NCBI GenBank assembly: GCA_964507665.1 | Contig: CAZDPT010000001.1 | Span: 33,912 to 97,911, forward strand | Direction of reading: 5' to 3' | Origin: an uncultured Candidatus Saccharibacteria bacterium | GTDB taxonomy: Bacteria; Patescibacteriota; Minisyncoccia; Minisyncoccales; CAYZYK01 | Length of the DNA stretch: 64,000 nucleotides | In this document: in pieces, positions 57,135 to 64,000 of the stretch | Position numbering within the stretch: the stretch's first letter is position 1 | How the letters are laid out: the number at the start of each line of letters is the position of its first letter | Position numbers and translations under genes: made by a program | The notes under the pieces: model-generated | Database searches by the model: none | Seen by the model: the letters and a program-made list of their open reading frames with translations, nothing else | Told to the model about the DNA's origin: nothing

Positions 57135-57674
57135 TCAAAAGGGTATGTCTTCTATATCAATCTCCTCTTCCTTATTAGAATCTTTTTCTTTTGAGGTTTT
57201 TTTACTTGATTGTTTCTCTTTGTTCTCTGGTTTTGAATTGTTTCCCTTATTTTTAGCAGAGGAATCAGAATCTTCTTCAATCACTGGAATATCTTGGTTG
57301 AATTTTTGTTGTGGTTTTTGATTTTGAGAAGAAGGTGCAGTTCCCCAAGATTTAGGTGGAAGTTGAATGTTGCGAGCTATAACTTCTGTTCGGTAGCGAG
57401 TAGAACCAGAGGAATCCTCCCACGATCTTGTTCTTAATCTACCTTCTATTAAAGTTAAAGAGCCCTTTTTAAGATAACGTGAACTAATATCTGCTAATCT
57501 ACCGAAAGCAACAATATTATGGAATTGAGTATTTTGTTGCTTTTCTCCTGAACTGTCAGTATAGAAGCGATTAGTAGCCATTCCAAAATTAACTACCGAT
57601 TTTCCACTTGGTAAAGCTTTAACTTCTGGGTCTCTGGTTAGATTACCCAAGAGAAATACTTTATTTAAATTCAT
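57135..57674 (-). CDS. ssb: single-stranded DNA-binding protein
   Basis: OB-fold N-terminal MNLNKVFLLGNLTRDPE, acidic C-terminal tail ending DIPF. Confidence 0.9.
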   Translation of the reverse strand: MNLNKVFLLGNLTRDPEVKALPSGKSVVNFGMATNRFYTDSSGEKQQNTQFHNIVAFGRLADISSRYLKKGSLTLIEGRLRTRSWEDSSGSTRYRTEVIARNIQLPPKSWGTAPSSQNQKPQQKFNQDIPVIEEDSDSSAKNKGNNSKPENKEKQSSKKTSKEKDSNKEEEIDIEDIPF

Positions 57675-57745
57675 ATTTACTAAATTTATTTTTTTAATAA
57701 GAGTTGACCTTTGATTTAAAAATTTTATATCTCAATAAATTGAGA

Positions 57746-58189
57746 TTATTGTCCTAAAATTTCATCTAATTTTTTCTCTATTTCATCTAGTTTCCCTTTT
57801 TCTTTTTCTCGGTCTTTCTTTTTAGCGCTCTCAACGGAGGTAGCTTGAGTTATTCTTTCTTTAAATGAAGTTTTACTAGATACTCCAACTCGCTTTTTTT
57901 CTGGTTTTTTAATAGAAAGAATAAAACGTAAAATTTTATTATTTGTTTTAATCTTTTGTTTTAAATCTTTTATTTTTTGAGGATTGAAATAAAAATTAAT
58001 GTTCATTAAATAGACCCTTCTTTGATCTTTTATCGGATAAGCAGATGTCTTTTTAATAGGAGAGGTTGAGTCCACTATTGTGGCTCCTTTTTCTTTTTGG
58101 ATAAGAGAGGTAATTTCTTCTGTTATTTCTTTTACTTCTTCTTCAGAATGATCTTGAGAAATGAGATAAGTGAGTTGGTAAGGTTTCAT
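57746..58189 (-). CDS. rpsF: 30S ribosomal protein S6 (with C-terminal charged extension)
   Basis: MKPYQLTYLISQD... S6 pattern. Conserved rpsF-ssb-rpsR gene order. Confidence 0.7.
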   Translation of the reverse strand: MKPYQLTYLISQDHSEEEVKEITEEITSLIQKEKGATIVDSTSPIKKTSAYPIKDQRRVYLMNINFYFNPQKIKDLKQKIKTNNKILRFILSIKKPEKKRVGVSSKTSFKERITQATSVESAKKKDREKEKGKLDEIEKKLDEILGQ

Positions 58190-58200
58190 AATATTTAATA

Positions 58201-59298
58201 TTAAATCTTAAACTCAATAACATCTCCGTCTTGAATTATGTAATCTTTTCCCTCAGTTCGAATCCAACCATTTCTTTTTGCTTTTTGCCACTCTCCAGCT
58301 TTTATTAGTTTCTTCCAGAAAATTACTTCGGCTTTAATAAATTTTTCCTCAAAATCGGAGTGTACAATTCCTGCTGCTTTTTTACAGCTTTCTCCCTGAA
58401 CAAGAGTCCAGGCTTTGGCTTCTTTTAGCCCCACAATAGTATAGAAAGTAATTAAATCAAGAATATTATAGCAAGTAACTATCAAAGAATCAAGATGAGA
58501 TTTGAGTTTAAGTTCTTTTTTGTCTTGTTCTGATAATTCAGAAATCTCTTTTTCTATTTTAAGATCGAGAGATATAGTAGAGGAAAATTCTGATTTTATT
58601 TCATTAATTTCTAAATTTTCAGATTTTTCTTCTGCTTTTTTGTTGAAAACATAAAGGGTTGGCTTTTGAGTTAAAAATTGATACTCTTCTATTAAAGAAT
58701 CTCCCTCTGTGTTTAAATTAAGTTCAGAAATCTTTTTTCCTTCAGATAAAGTTTTTTCAATTTTTTCTAAAATTTGGACCTTTTTAGATATTTCTTTATC
58801 TTGAGTTTTTTTCTTTAATTTATTAAGGGATTTTTGACACGTTTCTAGGTCTTTCATTATCATTTCAGTTTTTATAATCTCAATATCTGTTTTTGGTCTT
58901 GGAGGTTGGGAAAGATGATATTGAATTTCTTGAGAATCTTGGTTCTGACTATTATCTTGTTGGTTTTCAGATATTGAGAAGCAGCGTACTACCTCTAAAA
59001 TTGCATCGCATTCTCTAATATGAGCTAAAAATTGGTTACCTAGCCCTTCTCCTCGGTGAGCTCCTTTTACTAATCCTGCAATATCAACGAACTTTATTAC
59101 AGTTGGAGTTATTTTTTCAGCTGACACAATTTCTGCTATTTTTTGTAATCTCCTATCGGGAACAGCAACTATACCTATATTGGGATGAACTGTAGTGAAA
59201 GGATATTCACCGATATCTACACTTTTTTGAGTTAAAGCAGAAAAAAGGGTAGACTTACCCACATTTGGAAAACCAACAATGCCAATAGAAAAGCTCAT
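58201..59298 (-). CDS. ychF: ribosome-binding ATPase YchF (Obg-family)
   Basis: IGIVGFPNVGKSTLFSALT G1 motif, EYPFTTVHPNIG, C-terminal TGS domain. 365 aa. Confidence 0.88.
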   Translation of the reverse strand: MSFSIGIVGFPNVGKSTLFSALTQKSVDIGEYPFTTVHPNIGIVAVPDRRLQKIAEIVSAEKITPTVIKFVDIAGLVKGAHRGEGLGNQFLAHIRECDAILEVVRCFSISENQQDNSQNQDSQEIQYHLSQPPRPKTDIEIIKTEMIMKDLETCQKSLNKLKKKTQDKEISKKVQILEKIEKTLSEGKKISELNLNTEGDSLIEEYQFLTQKPTLYVFNKKAEEKSENLEINEIKSEFSSTISLDLKIEKEISELSEQDKKELKLKSHLDSLIVTCYNILDLITFYTIVGLKEAKAWTLVQGESCKKAAGIVHSDFEEKFIKAEVIFWKKLIKAGEWQKAKRNGWIRTEGKDYIIQDGDVIEFKI

Positions 59299-59402
59299 AG
59301 TTTAAGATATATATAGATGATAACTTTCGATTATCTTATTGTCAACTTTCAATTGCGTTTTTAAGGTTGTAAAAGTTTCTAAAAAAAATATATAATACTT
59401 AT

Positions 59403-60335
59403 ATGTTGAGAACAATAACTACAATTGGTGGAGGAACAGGCCAATATACATTATTGAGAGGCCTGAAGAATTATGATATTAATTTGACTGCTATTGTCTC
59501 TATGATGGATGACGGGGGAAGTACAGGTAAACTCCGAGATGAATTTGGAGTTTTACCCCCTGGTGACTTAAGAAGGTGTTTGGTGGCTTTATCTCGAGAA
59601 TCTAAGAGTCTGAGAGAGCTTTTTGAGTATCGGTTTGGGAAAGACTGTGTAGGAAACATGATACTGGCTGCTCTACAAGAAATTGTAGGTAAAGAAAGAT
59701 ATGTTCAGGAGGCAGCCAGAATTTTGAACACTTCAGGAACTGTTTTTCCTATCACCACAGATGAAACAAATATTTTTGGCAAGACAAACAAAGGTAAAGA
59801 ATTAAAGGGTCAATTGGAGGTAAGTTATAATATTGATGAAGATGAGGTGATAGAGAAGATTTGGTTGGATCCTGAGGCTTTTATTTCAGAGAAAGCTGCT
59901 GGAGCTTTAAGGAAATCCGATTTAATAGTTATTTGTCCAGGAGATTTATTTGGGAGTATTATACCTAATTTCTTGGTAAAAGGATTCAAGAAAGCTCTCA
60001 AGAATTCTGAGGCTAGAATTGTATATGTTTGTAATTTAGTAACCAAACAAGGTTCTTATGAATTTGGAGCAAGTGACTTTGTGAAAAAAATTGAAAAATA
60101 TATTAACAGAAAAATAGATATCCTTGTTTTAAATAAGAAAAAGCCCACTCAGAAAATTGTGGATAAGTATAAGGGAGAGAATTCTTATTTCGTAACTCCT
60201 GATCTAGATAAAATCAATACAGATATAATTAAAGGAGACCTTTTACTAGAACACAAATCAAACGGAAAAATAATTGCTCGACATGATCCTGACAAAACAG
60301 CGAAGTTAATTATGAAACTTTATAATGAAAAATAA
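59403..60335 (+). CDS. YvcK/CofD-family (UPF0052) gluconeogenesis-factor-like protein
   Basis: ITTIGGGTGQYTLLRGL...MMDDGGSTGKLRDEFGVLPPGDLRRCLVAL. Confidence 0.75.
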   Translation: MLRTITTIGGGTGQYTLLRGLKNYDINLTAIVSMMDDGGSTGKLRDEFGVLPPGDLRRCLVALSRESKSLRELFEYRFGKDCVGNMILAALQEIVGKERYVQEAARILNTSGTVFPITTDETNIFGKTNKGKELKGQLEVSYNIDEDEVIEKIWLDPEAFISEKAAGALRKSDLIVICPGDLFGSIIPNFLVKGFKKALKNSEARIVYVCNLVTKQGSYEFGASDFVKKIEKYINRKIDILVLNKKKPTQKIVDKYKGENSYFVTPDLDKINTDIIKGDLLLEHKSNGKIIARHDPDKTAKLIMKLYNEK

Positions 60336-60343
60336 TTTATTTT

Positions 60344-61693
60344 ATGAACTCTGATGATACTATCTTTAAAACTTATGATATTCGAGGAATTTACCCAGAT
60401 CAACTTGATGAGGAAAAAGCTCAAAAAGCTGCTAGAGTTTTTGGAAAAATTACAGGAGTAAAAAGAGTAGTTATAGGAAAAGATACAAGGAATTCATCAT
60501 CCAAGATAGCCAAAGCTGTAATGGAAGGTTTAATTCAGCAAGGAATTGATGTTTTTGATATTGGAGAAATATCGACTGATTGTTTGTACTTTTCTTTAAT
60601 GAATTACAATTGTGATGGAGGGATAATGATAACTGCCAGTCACAATCCTCCTCAGTACAACGGACTTAAAATGATGAGGAGAGATAAAGAGGGGCCCCTG
60701 CCCATATCTGGAAAAAAAATTGGTAGTGAATTTAATAAAGAAATTAATTCCGTCTCTCCAAAAGGAAAAATCCAAAAAATGGACATTTGGGGAGATTATA
60801 TAAAACATCTTTTTTCTTTTATTGAAACGAATAAGGTTAAACCCTTTCGGGTTGTGATAGATACCAGTTGTGGAATGGCTGGAAAAGTTATTCCACAAAT
60901 TCAGGACAGATTACCTATAAAAATTATTCCTTTAAACTTTGAATTAGATGGAGATTTTCCTGCTCATTCTCCAAATCCTTTAGCTGATAAAGCGACTGAT
61001 CAGATAATAAAAACAATTAAAAAAGAAAAAGCCGATCTCGGCTTTATTTTTGATGGTGACGCAGATAGGGTTTTGTTAATAGCAGAAGATGGAACTCCTG
61101 TTCCAGCTGATATTACCCTTCTATTATTAGCTAAATCTTTCTTAGAAAACTCAGAAAAATTTTCCGAATCAATTGTTTATAATCTAACCTGCTCTCGAGC
61201 TGTCCCCGAATTTATCAGAAAGTGGGGCGGAAAACCTGTTCGTTCTCCAGTTGGATATATTAACCTTTGGGAAAAAATGCGAGAAGTAAAAGCTATTTTA
61301 GGCGGTGAAACTTCAGGGCATTTTGCCTTCAGAGATAGTTTTTATTCAGATTCTGCTTTTATTGCTTTTCTTCGCTTGCTTGTGGTAATTTCAGGAAATA
61401 AAAAAAAGTTGTCACAATTAGTTAATAAACTTCAACCTTATTTTAAACCTCCAAAAACAAATCTAGAAATTAAAAATAAAGAAGAAATTTTAGAAGAAAT
61501 TAAGAAAAAATATTCAGATGGAAAACAAGATTATTTAGATGGGGTTACAGTGGGATATAAAGATTGGTGGTTCAATGTTCGTCCTTCAAACACAGAACCT
61601 CTTTTGAGAGTTACAATTGAAGCAGATAACAGGGAAATTTACAAAGAAAAAAAAGAGCAACTAATCTCTTTTATTAAAACTCAGTCTAAATAA
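60344..61693 (+). CDS. phosphohexomutase (phosphomannomutase/phosphoglucosamine mutase family)
   Basis: Active-site TASHNPPQYNG, metal-binding FDGDADRV, sugar-binding GETSGH. Confidence 0.8.
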   Translation: MNSDDTIFKTYDIRGIYPDQLDEEKAQKAARVFGKITGVKRVVIGKDTRNSSSKIAKAVMEGLIQQGIDVFDIGEISTDCLYFSLMNYNCDGGIMITASHNPPQYNGLKMMRRDKEGPLPISGKKIGSEFNKEINSVSPKGKIQKMDIWGDYIKHLFSFIETNKVKPFRVVIDTSCGMAGKVIPQIQDRLPIKIIPLNFELDGDFPAHSPNPLADKATDQIIKTIKKEKADLGFIFDGDADRVLLIAEDGTPVPADITLLLLAKSFLENSEKFSESIVYNLTCSRAVPEFIRKWGGKPVRSPVGYINLWEKMREVKAILGGETSGHFAFRDSFYSDSAFIAFLRLLVVISGNKKKLSQLVNKLQPYFKPPKTNLEIKNKEEILEEIKKKYSDGKQDYLDGVTVGYKDWWFNVRPSNTEPLLRVTIEADNREIYKEKKEQLISFIKTQSK

Positions 61694-61717
61694 TAATTTT
61701 TATAATTTAATAAAGCA

Positions 61718-61743
61718 AAGGTGGTTCTCGGGGAACCACCTTT
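61718..61743. terminator. bidirectional terminator hairpin aaaggtggttc tcgg ggaaccaccttt
   Basis: Perfect 11-bp inverted repeat between convergent genes. Confidence 0.65.
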
Positions 61744-61755
61744 GTGATATATTAT

Positions 61756-62235
61756 TTAGAGCGGCCTGATTACTGTTTTTACAGAGGGGTCAGAGAATAG
61801 ACCACCACTTCTTCGGGTAGTTTCAGCTACCATACCGCGTCCTTGACGCGCAAATTCTTGGGCGGGCCCTCCTGTAATCTTAGCGTGAGTTTCATCGAGT
61901 GAGCGTTTAAGTAACAGGTCGTGTGCTAATTCAGGAGATTCTCTTGCTAGGGTTGTTACTGGACTTTCAGGAGGAGGAGGAGTATAAAGAGAAGGATAGG
62001 AACTAGAACGGAGAACGGGTAGAGAACTTCTTGTTGGTACAGGCAGCATTTCTTTCTCCTTTCTTTTTGAAGGTTCTTTTTTCTTTATGCCTTTTTCGCC
62101 CATGAACTTAGGTATCACTAATGCAACCATTATCATTGAAAAACCCAAGAGAGGAAGGATCATCAACCATATCATCATGCCCCCTATTAAAACAAGTAAA
62201 ATAAGGAAGCCTATTGTGCGATTTTTAATTTCCAT
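61756..62235 (-). CDS. hypothetical membrane protein (two TM) with Pro/Ser-rich linker and GC-elevated 3' half
   Basis: Track ORF. No family recognised. Local GC about 45% versus about 30% background. Confidence 0.35.
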   Translation of the reverse strand: MEIKNRTIGFLILLVLIGGMMIWLMILPLLGFSMIMVALVIPKFMGEKGIKKKEPSKRKEKEMLPVPTRSSLPVLRSSSYPSLYTPPPPESPVTTLARESPELAHDLLLKRSLDETHAKITGGPAQEFARQGRGMVAETTRRSGGLFSDPSVKTVIRPL

Positions 62236-62378
62236 GGATTTTTCCTCCTATGAAATTTTACAAAGAGCAAGCAGCGTTTTTTCTATTATCATTATAGATT
62301 TTTTATTTCTCTTTGTCAAATCTAAAAAAATAAAAACAGATTTTCATTTCTGTTTTTGATTTTTACTTCTGTGTAGTA

Positions 62379-63356
62379 TTAGACCAATCCCATTTTTTTT
62401 CTAACTTCTTGTATTGTTTTTTGAGCAATTTTTTTAGCTTTTTTTGCACCTTGATTGAGAACTTTTTTAATATAATCTTCTTTTTTTGATAATTCTTTCC
62501 TCTTTTCTCTAAAGGAGCCAAGAGAGTTAATTAAAAGTTGAGACAAAGATTTTTTAAATTCGGCGTACCCTTTGTTTTTAAACTCTTTTTCTATTTCTTC
62601 TATTTCTTTGTTTGAAAACAAACTGTAAATTAAAAGGAGGTTGGAGATACCTGGTTTAGTTTTTGGGTTGTATTTAATTTCTTTTCCAGTATCTGTTTTG
62701 GCTGACATTATCTTTTCTTTAATTTCTTTTTGGGAATCAAACAAAAAAATACAACTCTTTTCTTTATCGCTTTTTGACATTTTATTCCTAGGATTCTCCA
62801 AACTCATAATTTTAGCACCCTTTTTGGGAAGTAAGGGCTCTGGCAAAGTAAATGTTTTCCCGAATCTATTGTTGAATTTTCGGGCAATTGTCCTAGTTAA
62901 TTCTATATGTTGAACTTGATCTTTCCCGACCGGTACTTTTTCTGTTTTGTAAAGCAAAATATCAGCTGCTTGCAAGACAGGGTAATTTAAAAGACCCGCA
63001 TTTATATTCTTTTTGAATTTTTGTGATTTTTCTTTGTATTGAGTCATCCTTTTAAGCTCAGAAACAGGACAAATCGTGTTTAATAACCAAGCTAACTCCG
63101 GGTGTTCTTTTAGATGCGATTGAACAAAGAAAATGCTTTTTTTAGGATTAATCCCTGCTGCTAGGTGGGCTTTGGTTGCTTCTAGAATATTCTCTTGGAG
63201 TTTTTTGGGATTGTAAGGTACGGTCAAGGAGTGTAAGTCAGCAATAAAAAAAATACAGTCATTTTTTTGTTGTAATTTGACCCAATTTTTTATAGCTCCC
63301 AAGTAATTTCCTATATGTATTTTTCCTGTGGGTTGAATACCGCTTAATATTTTCAT
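62379..63356 (-). CDS. trpS: tryptophanyl-tRNA synthetase
   Basis: ILSGIQPTGKIHIGNYLGA (class I HIGH region of TrpRS type), KMSKS. Confidence 0.85.
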   Translation of the reverse strand: MKILSGIQPTGKIHIGNYLGAIKNWVKLQQKNDCIFFIADLHSLTVPYNPKKLQENILEATKAHLAAGINPKKSIFFVQSHLKEHPELAWLLNTICPVSELKRMTQYKEKSQKFKKNINAGLLNYPVLQAADILLYKTEKVPVGKDQVQHIELTRTIARKFNNRFGKTFTLPEPLLPKKGAKIMSLENPRNKMSKSDKEKSCIFLFDSQKEIKEKIMSAKTDTGKEIKYNPKTKPGISNLLLIYSLFSNKEIEEIEKEFKNKGYAEFKKSLSQLLINSLGSFREKRKELSKKEDYIKKVLNQGAKKAKKIAQKTIQEVRKKMGLV

Positions 63357-63367
63357 ATTTTTAGAAG

Positions 63368-64000
63368 TTAAACTTCAATTACAACTGGTAGAACCATCGG
63401 TCTTCTTTTTGTCTTGCTGTATAAAAAATTACCTATTCTATCTCTTAGATTATTCTTGATGTAACTCCAATTAACAGCTCCACCTTTGCCAGCTTTCTGA
63501 TTAACTATTTTTACAATTTTTTTTCTGGTTTGTCGGAGTAATTTTTTTGATTCTCTTAGGTAAACAAATCCTCTTGATATTATATCGGGGGAACCTTTTA
63601 CCTTTCCAGTTTGTCCATCAACCACAACTACAATAACAAACATTCCATCTTCAGCCAAGTTTTTTCTGTCTCTTAAAACTATCTTTCCAACATCACCAAT
63701 TCCTAATCCATCTACCATGATGTAATTTGAAGGAACCTTTTTCTTTCTTATAGAAAAGTTTGATCTGGTGACATCAATTACATTTCCGTTTTCTGCTAAG
63801 ATAATATTCTTTTTGGAGATTCCTTTTTCTCTGGCTAATTTAGAATGAGCCACTAGCATTGAAAACTGACCGTAAGCGGGGAAAAAGAATTTTGGTTTCA
63901 TAATCTCTATCATTTTTTTGAGTTCTTCTTGGTGAGCATGTCCTCCTGCATGAATATCCATCATTTCATAATGATAGACATTAGCCTCTCTTCTATAAAA
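63368..64000 (-). CDS. rnj: ribonuclease J, C-terminal part (gene continues beyond window end)
   Basis: HAGGHAHQEELKKMIEIMKPKFFFPAYGQFSMLVAHSKL matches the RNase J beta-CASP/C-terminal region. The ORF is open to the window edge. Confidence 0.7.
   Translation of the reverse strand, partial: FYRREANVYHYEMMDIHAGGHAHQEELKKMIEIMKPKFFFPAYGQFSMLVAHSKLAREKGISKKNIILAENGNVIDVTRSNFSIRKKKVPSNYIMVDGLGIGDVGKIVLRDRKNLAEDGMFVIVVVVDGQTGKVKGSPDIISRGFVYLRESKKLLRQTRKKIVKIVNQKAGKGGAVNWSYIKNNLRDRIGNFLYSKTKRRPMVLPVVIEV

Noticed and set aside
57112-57321. 69-aa plus-strand ORF overlapping ssb
   Set aside because: Antisense to ssb (conserved rpsF-ssb-rpsR operon). Spurious.
1-64000. CRISPR arrays, rRNA genes, integrases, transposases
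   Set aside because: No short regularly spaced direct repeats with unique spacers were seen. The tandem repeats found are protein-coding (paralog duplication, FN3 duplication, 9-nt KKS microsatellite). No rRNA-like conserved blocks. No recognisable integrase or transposase motifs (DDE, tyrosine recombinase R..H..R..Y) in any ORF.

Overview
The window is low-GC (about 30%) with compact genes. Lysine-rich insertions in housekeeping proteins, an archaeal-type UMP kinase, a comF-linked type IV pilus operon and small gene sizes suggest a CPR/Patescibacteria-like bacterium; that lineage call is inference. Housekeeping genes are an intein-containing gyrA, valS, tsaD, recG, glmS, ligA, a SEDS-family ftsW/rodA, rpoB-rpoC, ftsK, recA, rpsF-ssb-rpsR, ychF, a yvcK-like gene, a phosphohexomutase, trpS and a partial rnj. 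There are five tRNAs: Leu-TAG, Glu-TTC, Ser-TGA, Ser-GCT and a tentative Arg-GCG. Five accessory regions stand out. (1) At 7.9-11.7 kb, nine tandem genes encode small paralogous signal-peptide/two-TM proteins with a VirB2/T4SS-pilin-like architecture; they include a near-perfect recent duplication, end at tRNA-Leu and have no secretion machinery nearby. (2) A complete type IV pilus / competence locus at 26.5-41 kb runs comF, pilMNO, pilB, a receiver domain, pilT, pilC, major pilin, pilD, three minor pilins and a PilX-like gene. It is followed by a secreted FN3-repeat protein carrying a 295-bp duplication and by Cys-rich secreted proteins. (3) A ~55% GC island at 0.23-1.06 kb forms a self-contained cassette: consensus promoter overlapping a palindrome, AGGAGG Shine-Dalgarno (SD), a 209-aa zinc-ribbon ORF and an intrinsic terminator, with 12-bp inverted repeats in both UTRs. 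(4) An excisionase-type HTH plus Doc-toxin module at 19.1-19.8 kb is flanked by ~65-bp direct repeats that duplicate the 3' end of recG, stop codon included. (5) A 449-aa LAGLIDADG intein sits in gyrA right after the catalytic Tyr, and a degraded HTH/LAGLIDADG-like split ORF lies next to tRNA-Glu. No CRISPR array, rRNA, integrase or transposase was recognised.
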